Below are positions 17,169 through 27,092 of a stretch of 49,047 nucleotides of DNA, in pieces (the stretch's first letter is position 1; each line of letters begins with the position of its first letter). A program made the position numbers and the translations under genes. The notes under the pieces are model-generated. The model was not told the origin of the DNA. It saw only the letters and a program-made list of their open reading frames with translations, and did no database searches. This stretch comes from a candidate division WOR-3 bacterium UBA3073 (lineage in GTDB: Bacteria; Hydrothermota; UBA3073), in the NCBI GenBank assembly GCA_002366725.1, contig DFBT01000076.1, positions 1 to 49,047 on the forward strand, read 5' to 3'.

Positions 17169-17186
17169 GAAAAAATTATCGGCACT

Positions 17187-17230
17187 GGTCAGTCACCTTG
17201 GTCGGTCACCCTTTAGGGTGACAAATGTCA
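17187..17230. promoter_or_regulatory. cluster of GGTCAC/GTGAC direct and inverted repeats upstream of the V-ATPase promoter (candidate transcription-factor site)
   Basis: GGTCAGTCACC (17187-17197) and GGTCGGTCACC (17200-17210) are 13 nt apart. A perfect hairpin GTCACCC ttta GGGTGAC lies at 17205-17222, followed by a second TTGACA box on the reverse strand. Confidence 0.4.
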
Positions 17231-17590
17231 AGCAAAAAGTGATTAAAAATTGGTTGAAAACCCCGCAGGACATCAACCCCTTGAAATCGCTAATGAAATT
17301 GACTAAAGATACGAATAAGGTGTCAAGCTTAAAAAATCGAAATTTTTTAGAAACTAACCCGTTCTTGATGCTATAATTTTTGATGGAGGTATTGGGCTTT
17401 ATTAGGATGGTAGAATCCCTGTTCGTGTAGATTATTTGGAAACCGTAAAGCACATATAGTGGGATTTAATGGAGGGTGTATCCTGCAAGTAAATATTGAC
17501 AGAAAGTACTGAATAGTGTGGGGAATAAATAAAAAAAGTACAAGAGGGATGTCTAATGTCAATATCTGACCCTCAATTCTGTGTTAGCAT

Positions 17591-18913
17591 TCAAAAGAAC
17601 TCCTCCATAGATATCAGGTCTTCTATACTCTCGCCTATCTCATCCCTGTGAAACCTCTCTCTTATTACTCCACTGTTCAAATAGTTGTTCAGAGATATTA
17701 GTATCAGTGCCTGGTCGAGGCAGAGATATATTTTCGCAACTGCACCGGTTAGGGGATTCACGGAATCATAAAACCCGTATTCACCATATATGTCGTATGA
17801 TAACAAATTTTTAATGTTTTTGATAACCTTATTGGGGAGTAAATCGAGGGCAAGAAAGGAGGCATAAGGTGTAACTATACCATCTGGATAGCCATCTCTC
17901 TTCTCGCCTATCAAAGAGACTCCGTACTCACGGTAATTGTAATCAGGTGCACAACAGGGGGACATTCCCCAAACAGGATAGCCCTTTTCGCCCAGGCAGT
18001 AATCAATATGGATGGCTGCGGCAAGAGAGTCATTTTTGCCGAGACTATTTCTTGCAAACACTTTCTCGTTTACAAATAGCGCGGGCATCAGGAACTCAAA
18101 TAGACTCCCTCCCCAACTCGGCACAATCCTTATATCCTTATACCTATAATAGCCCTCAAACACGTCAACGCCCAGATAATCTTTTAAACTTCCTTCTACA
18201 TCACTGTTCGGAAGAACCCTGTGTATTCTGAAGTAGTGCTCTTGTGGAACATCACCTTTTCCTATGGCAAGGAAACTCACAGCCCTTGATTCAGTACATA
18301 GCAAGCCATAGTGATATGGAGAGTTCTCTCCTTTTCTAACATCGTATCCATGTCTCATGTGTCCCACACTGTCGTCGTAGAAGAAAGAAAAGTCATGCTG
18401 GTCGATTATACCGGTGCATAAATGGGAGATTTCTGGGTAGGTTTGGCGGGCAATTATGAGACCGATCACAAACCAACTACAGTCCAAAACCGATATAAAA
18501 TCGGTTGAACGTCTGAGTGGGCCAAGGTCATACCAGTTGAAGAGCCATTCACCGAATTTCTCCATTTCCTCAACAGCAGACATTGCCTTTCTTATCCTTG
18601 ATAGAGCTTCTTCTCTTTCTATAAAACCAAGGTCATATGCTGATATTACTGATACAATATACAGCCCTATGTTTGTCGGGGATGTGTAACCACCTATTTC
18701 AACCTCGGGTGAGAGTCTTATGTGGTCAAGCGGTAGGCCAGTCTTCTTGTCCACAATATCCCTGAAATATCCCCATGTATCGTTAGCTATTCTCCTCAGA
18801 AGTTGTATAGAGTCAGATGATATTTCTATTCTAAATACCGTATCTCTTGGAAATCCGATGAGGTCATCGGGAGTGAGGACACTTATGGTCAGGAAGAGTA
18901 ATATACCGTACAT
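17591..18913 (-). CDS. glucoamylase-family / DUF3131-like (alpha/alpha)6 protein, putative beta-glucan-active enzyme
   Basis: 440 aa. GLPLDHIRLSP...GGYTSPTNIGLYIVSVISAYDLGFI and C-terminal YGEYGFYDSVNPLTG...YLCLDQALILISLNNYL resemble the PF10091/PF11329-type families as I recall them. The N-terminus is hydrophobic. Confidence 0.6.
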   Translation of the reverse strand: MYGILLFLTISVLTPDDLIGFPRDTVFRIEISSDSIQLLRRIANDTWGYFRDIVDKKTGLPLDHIRLSPEVEIGGYTSPTNIGLYIVSVISAYDLGFIEREEALSRIRKAMSAVEEMEKFGEWLFNWYDLGPLRRSTDFISVLDCSWFVIGLIIARQTYPEISHLCTGIIDQHDFSFFYDDSVGHMRHGYDVRKGENSPYHYGLLCTESRAVSFLAIGKGDVPQEHYFRIHRVLPNSDVEGSLKDYLGVDVFEGYYRYKDIRIVPSWGGSLFEFLMPALFVNEKVFARNSLGKNDSLAAAIHIDYCLGEKGYPVWGMSPCCAPDYNYREYGVSLIGEKRDGYPDGIVTPYASFLALDLLPNKVIKNIKNLLSYDIYGEYGFYDSVNPLTGAVAKIYLCLDQALILISLNNYLNSGVIRERFHRDEIGESIEDLISMEEFF

Positions 18914-19016
18914 AACTCTTGGTAATAATGAAGTATTAATTCTACATAATACTTTCTTATGGAGTGCAATGACCGTGTCATTGTATGCATCGACCTGGTC
19001 GATGCGCTCAAATGTT

Positions 19017-21734
19017 TTATCTTATCAACACGAGTTTAAAAGTTTCATCCCTCCCCTCCATCTCTAACCGACAGAAGTATATACCCTTCCCTACCTTTCT
19101 GCCATATCTGTCTTCTCCATCCCACTCTATCGTATGAATACCTTTCTCTATAATACCGTTGGGAATTGTTTTCACCAATCTGCCGCAAACATCGTAAACG
19201 GAAACTCTGACACGGCTGTCATTTTGTAGAACGAACCTTATGGTAGTCCTATCCTGGAAAGGATTGGGATAAAATTTGAGGGGTGTGCTTTCAGAAATTG
19301 GTCTCTCCTCTATACCCGTGAAACCTGCCAGTTGCAGAGCATTAGTAACCTCATCATTTTGCATAAATTTACCCCATACCAATTCGCTCAGATAGTTCTC
19401 TATCATAATAACAATGGGACCCTCATCTATACCTATATAATCATTGTCAAACCAGTCGGGTTCCACACTGAGATTGAATGCGTCCTCGAACCCATAAATT
19501 CCAAATAGATCACTCCTGTAATTGTCATACATATACCTGAGTGTCTGATATGAATAGGCCGGAGTGAACGGTGTAGAGCCTCCCGCAGCAGTCGGGGCAA
19601 TAGTTCCATCGTCAAACTGGAAAGGTCCTCTCGCCTGATAGAAGTAAGGAGCAGGCCCATCGCAGGCAGTTAGACCCCAGAGATTTTCGCCGTAACCCTC
19701 AAAACCATCGGGGTTATCAATACAGTATTCCCTGTTAATGAGTGTTGCATTAACAGAGTTATCAAAGTAGTTTGTGTGAGAATCCACCCAATTCCTGAAA
19801 TCTACCCAACAATGGGTGTATTGATATGTGAACAGCGAAGCCGATGCACTCTCCACATCCAGGGTAATACCGTAATAGGTGGAAGGCCCCTGATATGTAC
19901 TTGCCCAGCCAAGCTCAAAGCATTCCGGCGGTATGGGATATGTCGAAGAGCCTATCGCCAGAATGTATGCTATCATTGCCTCATTGTAGCCTGTCAGTCT
20001 CATTCCCAAACCACCGAAACCATAGTTTGGAGACCAATGCCAACTCATGGTATAGAGTGTATCACCCACATCATTCTGGAGCATCCAATCCCATTCGGCA
20101 TTCTCATACAACTGGGTTGCCAGTTGCCTTATCTTAGTCTCTAAGGAGTCTTCTCCGTCAAAGTACTGTCTGCAGGTAAGAGCACCAGCCATAAAATATG
20201 AGGTCTCAACCACATCTGCCCCGTCATCCCTCGGGCTGAATGGGATCACCCCACCCGTTTCCATATCAAGCCAGTGACTGTATATACCATGAAAATTGGG
20301 AACCACATCGTTGTAAAATCGGAGTATATTCATAACCCTCTGCGCACCTTCCTCCCTCTCTATCCATCCTCTCTCACATGCAATGCATATCGCAGTCAGC
20401 CCGAATCCAGTTGCACCTGTGGCACCTGTTATTGTATCGGTCATCCTCTCCTGCATTACTCCACTATTCTGACCCGCACATTCCCAAAAGTAAGAGAACG
20501 CCTTCCTTGCCACCATTTCCAAAAATTCATCCTGATTTAAGGCGATGGGCGTAGCCTCAAATGTATCTGAACCCTCGCTTTCGTTCTCGGATTCGTCAAC
20601 AGCTGTGGCAAAATACCAGTAAGTTTCACCATTGGTTACATCATCATCAACATAATAAGATCGAGAGAGAAGAGAGGTATTCATTTGAGAAAATTCACCT
20701 CCCGGTGTCTCTCTGCGAAACAGATTGTAACCAAGTATATCCAGCTCCGGGTTATCATACCAATCAACTATTAACCTGCTATCCAGTACCTCTACCTGGA
20801 GCCCTGTGGGCGGTGACGGCGCCAGTGTATCTTCCTCTGGTGTTGCCCATACCTCGTCACAGCCCTCACTCGCGTTTCCTCTCGCATCTAGAGCTCTCAC
20901 AACATAATAATATGTCTCCCCATTTTCAAGTTCCCTGTCAATATATCTCGATTGGGAAACAATACTGGCATTTACTCTTTGGTAAGGTCCTCCCTGAGTA
21001 GCAGAGCGATGAACCGTATATCCTATAAGGTCTTCTTCTGTATTATCCTCCCAATCAAGATAAACACACTCATCGCCACCTACTGCAACAAGCCCAACAG
21101 GTGCATCAGGTGGAATTGTGTCCACTTCTCCCCAGATAACCCTTATCTCATCCACCCATATTGTATGCAGGCTATCATCGTCTGTCCCCTGGTTGAATCT
21201 CACGGCCTTCAGTCTGTCTAGGTCGAAATCACCATAAGGTTCGAATGCTGAAAGTGGAACGATAACCCTCTGCCATGTAAGTGTATCAACATCTATACCA
21301 TCAAGGTAATCAGAGAGATTGGCAAGAGAGGAGCTCTGGTTATCAAGATCCTCCAAACCTATCTTTGGTAGTGATGTGCTGTCTAATTCCATTGGTCCAT
21401 TGATGAAGAAGAGTAAGTTACTGTATCCTTCGGCATTGTGGCCTATCCATTCGGGAGAGGCAATGAAAATTCTCCAGTGACCACCTGGGGCAGATCGCCA
21501 CTCAATTGTGCCAGAATGTCTACCAACATAACTGTGTATGCTGTCTATGGGAAGCTTATCATTACCGGGTCCTGCAAGCAGCAGGTAACTTCCGCCTTTA
21601 AAGGTCCCCCAGGAAGCATCATAGTATCCCCAACCTACATAATCATCCTCTGTGAATATCACTATGTCTGGTTCGCTACCAGCAAGAACTACCGGGAATA
21701 TAAATAAAACGAAAATAAAAAAACGCCTTAACAT
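19017..21734 (-). CDS. secreted multidomain glucoamylase-family (GH144-like) enzyme: CBM-like N-domain, 2x Fn3, catalytic domain, T9SS-type CTD
   Basis: - Signal peptide MLRRFFIFVLFIFPVVLAG.
- Two Fn3 modules (..LDWEDNTEEDLIGYTVHRS..GETYYYVVRALD.. and ..VDWYDNPELDILGYNLFRR..GETYWYFATAVD..).
- Catalytic-like region with GFGLTAICIACERGW, YGFEDAFNLS and YIGIDEGPIVIMIENY.
- C-terminus YPNPFQDRTTIRF...VSVYDVCGRLV...GIYFCRL...FKLVLIR. Confidence 0.75.
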   Translation of the reverse strand: MLRRFFIFVLFIFPVVLAGSEPDIVIFTEDDYVGWGYYDASWGTFKGGSYLLLAGPGNDKLPIDSIHSYVGRHSGTIEWRSAPGGHWRIFIASPEWIGHNAEGYSNLLFFINGPMELDSTSLPKIGLEDLDNQSSSLANLSDYLDGIDVDTLTWQRVIVPLSAFEPYGDFDLDRLKAVRFNQGTDDDSLHTIWVDEIRVIWGEVDTIPPDAPVGLVAVGGDECVYLDWEDNTEEDLIGYTVHRSATQGGPYQRVNASIVSQSRYIDRELENGETYYYVVRALDARGNASEGCDEVWATPEEDTLAPSPPTGLQVEVLDSRLIVDWYDNPELDILGYNLFRRETPGGEFSQMNTSLLSRSYYVDDDVTNGETYWYFATAVDESENESEGSDTFEATPIALNQDEFLEMVARKAFSYFWECAGQNSGVMQERMTDTITGATGATGFGLTAICIACERGWIEREEGAQRVMNILRFYNDVVPNFHGIYSHWLDMETGGVIPFSPRDDGADVVETSYFMAGALTCRQYFDGEDSLETKIRQLATQLYENAEWDWMLQNDVGDTLYTMSWHWSPNYGFGGLGMRLTGYNEAMIAYILAIGSSTYPIPPECFELGWASTYQGPSTYYGITLDVESASASLFTYQYTHCWVDFRNWVDSHTNYFDNSVNATLINREYCIDNPDGFEGYGENLWGLTACDGPAPYFYQARGPFQFDDGTIAPTAAGGSTPFTPAYSYQTLRYMYDNYRSDLFGIYGFEDAFNLSVEPDWFDNDYIGIDEGPIVIMIENYLSELVWGKFMQNDEVTNALQLAGFTGIEERPISESTPLKFYPNPFQDRTTIRFVLQNDSRVRVSVYDVCGRLVKTIPNGIIEKGIHTIEWDGEDRYGRKVGKGIYFCRLEMEGRDETFKLVLIR

Positions 21735-21789
21735 AACACCTCCTTACCCAACGATATACAAAAACCACAGAGAATGGAATCGATCATTA

Positions 21790-24156
21790 CTACCCCATCA
21801 CTACAGAAACCTTATGTTCTCTACCATCGCTGAAGGCCGGGACTATACCTGTTTCAACTCTCTCTCCGTCCACGCGAATTTCTTTAATTCCACTGTTTAA
21901 ATGATCCGGGTTTTTGACCTCTATCTCATACACAGCACCCCTGAAGGGTCTCCTCATCCTGAATCCAGTCCATTTTTTGGGTATACATGGGTCGATAAGT
22001 AGACCCTCGTAGGCGGGACGGATTCCAAGTATCCACTCCGTTATGACTCTGAATAGCCAGGCTGCGGAACCCGTATACCATGACCAATTCCCCCTCCCAA
22101 AGTGAGGCGAATCTGGCCCAAAGACATCCCCGGGAAGTACATAAGGCTCGCACAAATAGATATCGGGATTACTCGCACAGTTAATTGGGGAGAGCTTCCT
22201 GTACATCTCATATGCCCTGTCCCCCCTGCCAAGTTTACATTCAGCCATTATAGCCCAGGTTGCGGCGTGGGTATACCTTCCACCGTTCTCTCGCGAACCC
22301 GGTGGATACCTCGTGAGATACCCTATATGCTCATCGGGAGATGAATAGGCTGGGAAGAGGAGAAGTGGACCATACTCTCGGTCGAGCAAATCCTCAACCG
22401 AAGCAATTACTATCTTTTTTCTCTTACCTTCGGCAACTCCGTTTATCACCGCCCAGGTCTGGGCATTCAGGAATATCTTCCCTTCCTTGCAGGTATTGCT
22501 ACCAACTTTAGTCCCGTCGTCTTTTGTCCCCCTTAAATACCATCTACCATCCCATGCGTATCTATTTATACTATCTTTTATCTCCTCTGCCTTCTTTCTA
22601 TAATTCTCGGCAAGTGGTCTGTCACGCATCTCAACTATTTTGGCAAACTCCCGTAGGATGCCGTACACAAAATGTCCTAACCAGATTGACTCTCCCTTCA
22701 TACCCCTTCCCATTCCATTCATACCATCATTCCAGTCTCCGTCTCCAACGAGAGGCAGCCCTCTGGGACTCATTCTCTCAAGCGCCTTATCTATTGCCCT
22801 ACAGCAATGAATATAGAGTGACTCATCTATCTCCTTATCCACATACCTTGCTTTCTCTTCCAGTATACTGAAGCCAGAAGTCTCTTTTAGATAGTTTATA
22901 ACAACATAAGGAAGCCACAAGAGGTCATCTGTCATATTTGTCCTCACACCAACTTCTGAGATATCATGCCACCAGTGATATACGGTTCCATCATAAAATT
23001 GATGGCGTGAATGGAGAAGTATCTGTTTTTTCGTCAAAGAGGGTTTTATGGGAAGAAATACCTGGCTATCCTGAAGTTGATCCCTGAATCCAAACCCACC
23101 CGATTGCTGGTAGTAACCCGCCCTTGCCCAAAGTCTCCCAGAGATTGTCTGATATTTAAGCCAGATATTTGCCAGGATGTTCAGTGAATCATCGGGTGTC
23201 ACTATCCATACCGTATCAAGATACGACCTCCAAAGCTCGCCTAATTCGTCAAATGCACCCTGGGTGCTTCTTTCGTCTTTATATTTATTTATCAAAAAGG
23301 CTGCTTCTTCTCTGTTCTCTGCCACTCCCAGTGTGAATATGATCGTCTCTTCCTTGCCGGGAGGAAGTACAATATCTATTTTTAAACTTGCAATTGGGTC
23401 AACCCATTTCCCTCCTCTATTCCCTATTTTATTTGTTTCAACGGCGATGGGGCTTTTCTCCGAACGATAGATGCCAATGAATGACTCCCTGTCGCAGTCA
23501 AAACCGCTCACCTGCTTACTTGCAGAGTGGAATGCAATATAATCCCAGGGGACACTTCTGTCTCTGCCGGGGACATCCCATAGAGTTGAGGTAGCAAATA
23601 TCGCATCGAGATTTGGGTCAAACGATGTCTCAATAAAAAGTTTGTGAAACTCCTTATGTGTATCCTGGGGAGGCCCCAGTCTCCATTCCAGATATGTAAA
23701 TATAGAAAGTGACCTCGTTCTATTAGAAGTGTTCTTGACCTTCAGCCTCCACAACTCCAAACTCTTATCAGGTGGGGTGAAGAGGAGGAGCTCGGTATCT
23801 ATCCCATAGTTTTTTGAATTTATGAGTGTGTAACCCACGCCGTGTCTGCATTCATACCTCTGGGGATTCTTGCAGACTGGTTTATAAGTTGCAGACCAGA
23901 CCTCGCCAGATTCATTATCTCTTATGTATATAAATTTACCGAGCTCGTCTTTCAAAAGGTCCTCCCTCCACGCCGTAAGTGCATTTAGATTTGAATCCTT
24001 ATACCAGCTGTAACCTCCCCCGGCCTGTGATATCATAAACGAGTACTCCCCGTTGGATATCACATTTATCCAGGGTCGCGGAGTATCGGGTCTTGTTATT
24101 ATGTATTCCCTTCCATCATCTGAAAAATATCCATATTTGTTCTTGAATCTTGCCAT
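21790..24156 (-). CDS. GH94 glycoside phosphorylase (cellobiose/cellodextrin/chitobiose/beta-1,2-oligoglucan phosphorylase family; specificity unresolved)
   Basis: 788 aa and colinear with cellobiose phosphorylases by eye: YGYFSDDGREYIITRPDTPRPWINV, GFGFRDQLQD, GLPLVGDGDWNDGMN (catalytic Asp region), YPPGSRENGGRYTHAATW, NWSWYTGSAAW. No signal peptide. GAGGAG SD. Confidence 0.9.
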   Translation of the reverse strand: MARFKNKYGYFSDDGREYIITRPDTPRPWINVISNGEYSFMISQAGGGYSWYKDSNLNALTAWREDLLKDELGKFIYIRDNESGEVWSATYKPVCKNPQRYECRHGVGYTLINSKNYGIDTELLLFTPPDKSLELWRLKVKNTSNRTRSLSIFTYLEWRLGPPQDTHKEFHKLFIETSFDPNLDAIFATSTLWDVPGRDRSVPWDYIAFHSASKQVSGFDCDRESFIGIYRSEKSPIAVETNKIGNRGGKWVDPIASLKIDIVLPPGKEETIIFTLGVAENREEAAFLINKYKDERSTQGAFDELGELWRSYLDTVWIVTPDDSLNILANIWLKYQTISGRLWARAGYYQQSGGFGFRDQLQDSQVFLPIKPSLTKKQILLHSRHQFYDGTVYHWWHDISEVGVRTNMTDDLLWLPYVVINYLKETSGFSILEEKARYVDKEIDESLYIHCCRAIDKALERMSPRGLPLVGDGDWNDGMNGMGRGMKGESIWLGHFVYGILREFAKIVEMRDRPLAENYRKKAEEIKDSINRYAWDGRWYLRGTKDDGTKVGSNTCKEGKIFLNAQTWAVINGVAEGKRKKIVIASVEDLLDREYGPLLLFPAYSSPDEHIGYLTRYPPGSRENGGRYTHAATWAIMAECKLGRGDRAYEMYRKLSPINCASNPDIYLCEPYVLPGDVFGPDSPHFGRGNWSWYTGSAAWLFRVITEWILGIRPAYEGLLIDPCIPKKWTGFRMRRPFRGAVYEIEVKNPDHLNSGIKEIRVDGERVETGIVPAFSDGREHKVSVVMG

Positions 24157-24157
24157 A

Positions 24158-24979
24158 TCAGCTCCTCATTCCCGTCAAGGCAATACCCTGTATAAAATAT
24201 CTCTGCATAAATACAAAAAGAAGGACAACCGGTGTTGTCACAACAACCGAACCCGCCATCAGGAGATTGTATTTTGTGGCATACTGTCCTGCATTAAGGT
24301 TTGCAAGTGCAACAGGAAGTGTATACATAGATTCGTGGGTCATAATGATAAGCGGCCAGAAAAAGTCATTCCATGTTCCCATAAATGTGAAAATTGCCAG
24401 CGCGGCAATCGCGGGCATACATAGTGGTAGGACAATACTTCTGTATATCCTGAATTCGGAACATCCGTCGATCCTTGCGGCATCAAGGAGTGAATCAGGT
24501 ATTGCTTGCATATACTGACGTAGAAGAAATATCCCAAATGCACTCGCCCCCGCTGGCAGGATTAACCCGAGATAGTTATTCAAAAGTCCAAGTCTCTTTA
24601 ATAAGAGGAACACCGGGATGGTTGTCACCTGTGCGGGCACCATCATTGTCACAAGAAATAAGACAAAGAGCCTCTGCCTGCCCGGAAACCTGAGTTTTGC
24701 AAAGGCATACCCTGAAAGGGAAGACAGAAATAGAACGAGTATTGTAACGGATACCGTGACTATTATACTATTCCTGAGGTGGACGGGAAATGCCATTCTT
24801 TGAAAGAGTTCCAGATAGGAACTGACAGTGGGATCTTCAGGTATCCACCTGGGTGGAAATGTGAATATGTTCTCCTGAGTTTTGAAGGATGAGATTGCCA
24901 TCCATGCAAACGGAGTGAGCGTCGCAATAAATGCAACTATCAGAATGACGTAGATGATAACCCGTCTAAAATCTCTCAT
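24158..24979 (-). CDS. carbohydrate ABC transporter permease (MalG-like)
   Basis: 273 aa, 6 TM, EAA-loop region LLDAARIDGCSEFRIYRSIVLPL. Confidence 0.9.
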   Translation of the reverse strand: MRDFRRVIIYVILIVAFIATLTPFAWMAISSFKTQENIFTFPPRWIPEDPTVSSYLELFQRMAFPVHLRNSIIVTVSVTILVLFLSSLSGYAFAKLRFPGRQRLFVLFLVTMMVPAQVTTIPVFLLLKRLGLLNNYLGLILPAGASAFGIFLLRQYMQAIPDSLLDAARIDGCSEFRIYRSIVLPLCMPAIAALAIFTFMGTWNDFFWPLIIMTHESMYTLPVALANLNAGQYATKYNLLMAGSVVVTTPVVLLFVFMQRYFIQGIALTGMRS

Positions 24980-24980
24980 A

Positions 24981-25850
24981 CTAATACTCCACAGTGTGTC
25001 TTATAAATCTCAACTGGAAGAGGCTGAATATGAAAATTATAAAAAACAGAACGTAGGCTATGGCAGATGCATATCCAAATCTGAAGAACTTAAATCCATT
25101 CTTATATAGATACAACACAATAGAAAGGGTGCTGTTTACGGGACCACCCTGGTTAGTCATAACATACGGCTCGGCAAATAACTGAAAATAACCTATGGTA
25201 GTTATGATACACACAAAAACCGTGGTGGGTTTTAACAAAGGGAGGGTTACATGAATAAAACTTCTAAAACTGTCTGCACCATCTACGGTGGCAGCCTCAT
25301 AGAAACGTCTCGGTATCGACTGCAGCCCGGCAAGAAATATCACCATACTGTATCCGAAGTTCCTCCATGTTGCCATCAGGATTATCGATGGCATCGCCCA
25401 CCTTGGGTCACCGAGCCAGTTTGGAGAAGATATTTTAAAAAGTTCAAAAAACCACTTTATTACCCCATATTGTGGATTGTAAAGCCAACGCCAGACCACC
25501 CCACAGGCAACGAGATTCGTCACCACGGGCAGGAAGAAGCCTGTCCTGAATAAGGTCTTTAACTTCACAAGACTGCTGTTTAAGAGGATTGCCGCCACAA
25601 GGCCAGAAAGAACAGAAAGCGGCATACCAACAAAGGTAAAATAAAGGGTGTTTTTCAGCGAACGCAAGAAGAGGGGGTCTCCTGCAAGTTCCACATAATT
25701 TCTAAATCCTACAAAGGATGCACCCCCGAGTCCCCAATCAGTAAGACTGGTGAAAAAAGCCACAATTATGGGTATGAAGCAGAAGACGAAGAAGAGCAAC
25801 AGACTGGGTGCTATAAAAAGAAAGGGAATACTATATCTCTTTATACTCAT
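24981..25850 (-). CDS. carbohydrate ABC transporter permease (MalF-like)
   Basis: 289 aa, 6 TM, EAA-loop region YEAATVDGADSFRSFIHVTLPLLKP. Its start overlaps the SBP stop (ATGA). Confidence 0.9.
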   Translation of the reverse strand: MSIKRYSIPFLFIAPSLLLFFVFCFIPIIVAFFTSLTDWGLGGASFVGFRNYVELAGDPLFLRSLKNTLYFTFVGMPLSVLSGLVAAILLNSSLVKLKTLFRTGFFLPVVTNLVACGVVWRWLYNPQYGVIKWFFELFKISSPNWLGDPRWAMPSIILMATWRNFGYSMVIFLAGLQSIPRRFYEAATVDGADSFRSFIHVTLPLLKPTTVFVCIITTIGYFQLFAEPYVMTNQGGPVNSTLSIVLYLYKNGFKFFRFGYASAIAYVLFFIIFIFSLFQLRFIRHTVEY

Positions 25851-27076
25851 CTTCTTGAAAGAATTTTCTTTACATCCCTCTGTAGAAACTCTAATGCCTC
25901 ATCCATACTCCTCTTTTTGTATATAACCTCCTCAAGATAGACCTCCATCTTATCTCTTATCTCTTCCCATTCGGGGATTGGAGGAGATGGCCTTGCATCC
26001 TCAAGTTGTTTTCCAAAGGCGGTGATTATGGGCACATTCAAGACATCTTGATCCCATGCCGCCTTTACAGCGGGAAGGTCGCCTGTAAGTTCAAACCATC
26101 TCGTCTGATTCTCTGTCCTTGACATATACTCAATAAACCTCCATGCTGCTTCTTTATTATTTGAGTTTTTAAAGATTGAGAGGTTGCACCCACCTATAAA
26201 GGATGTTCCGGTCTCCTTCTTTGGGAGAGTCGCGACTGCCCATCTTCCGTCAATCTCTGGGACCTGCTTGCTTAATAGCTCAATCATCCAGGGTCCACTT
26301 ATAAACATCGGCAGGAATCCAATTTTGAAGGCATGAAAAAGATCTATATCAGCAGTCCCTCCTAAGGGGGCAAGTCCCTCATCAAAAAAACTGTAGTAAA
26401 ACTCAAATGCCTCCCTTATCTTTGGGTCGTCAAAAGTAGGGTTGGTATAGTCGGGGGAAAGTATGTCTCCACCTGCCTGCCAGATAAATATAAGGAGAAT
26501 GAATGCATCGCTTGTGGGCAAGTTTATAGCATATCTCTCGGGAATTCCATCCCCATTAGTATCTCTTACAAGGCCGTGGCATAAGTACTTCATCTCCTCC
26601 CAGGAAGACGGTGGATGGTCGTAACCTACCTCCTTTAGTATATCCTTCCTGTAGAAGAGAACCCTTGTATCCACATACCAAGGTATACCATAGATGCTGC
26701 TGCCTATTATGTTTGTTCTCCAGGAGCCTTCAAAGAAGTTTCCCTCCTTTACCACATCTGACCCCTCTACATATCTGTCAAGGGAAGCGAGCGCATTCAT
26801 AGATGCAAATTCGGGAATCCAGGTTGTGCCCAGTTGACAGATGTCTGGTGTTGTGCCCCCTATAACAGAGGTCAAAAGCTTCATGTGTGCATCAGACCAC
26901 GGTATAGACTGGATTCTAATGGATATATCGGGATTTTCTTTCTCAAATAAGGCAATCACATCTTTTATCTTCTCCCCCTCAGCACCCATAACCCATATGG
27001 TCAATTTATCCCCATCTTTACCCTTGCAACCAGCCAGGGCAAAAAACACTATCAAAATCCACATATTATGTTTCAT
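25847..27076 (-). CDS. sugar ABC transporter substrate-binding lipoprotein (solute-binding family 1)
   Basis: I prefer the ATG at 27076 (MKHNMWILIVFFALAGCKG), which has a perfect LAGC lipobox. The length and W/Y-rich pattern are typical of oligosaccharide SBPs. Confidence 0.85.
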   Translation of the reverse strand: MKHNMWILIVFFALAGCKGKDGDKLTIWVMGAEGEKIKDVIALFEKENPDISIRIQSIPWSDAHMKLLTSVIGGTTPDICQLGTTWIPEFASMNALASLDRYVEGSDVVKEGNFFEGSWRTNIIGSSIYGIPWYVDTRVLFYRKDILKEVGYDHPPSSWEEMKYLCHGLVRDTNGDGIPERYAINLPTSDAFILLIFIWQAGGDILSPDYTNPTFDDPKIREAFEFYYSFFDEGLAPLGGTADIDLFHAFKIGFLPMFISGPWMIELLSKQVPEIDGRWAVATLPKKETGTSFIGGCNLSIFKNSNNKEAAWRFIEYMSRTENQTRWFELTGDLPAVKAAWDQDVLNVPIITAFGKQLEDARPSPPIPEWEEIRDKMEVYLEEVIYKKRSMDEALEFLQRDVKKILSRR

Positions 27077-27092
27077 ATCTTTCCTTTTCTTT

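Noticed and set aside
17193-17562. Two overlapping small ORFs (86 and 63 aa) in the large gap upstream of the V-ATPase promoter.
   Set aside because: They overlap each other, lack an SD and are AT-rich with low complexity. I treat the region as non-coding or regulatory.
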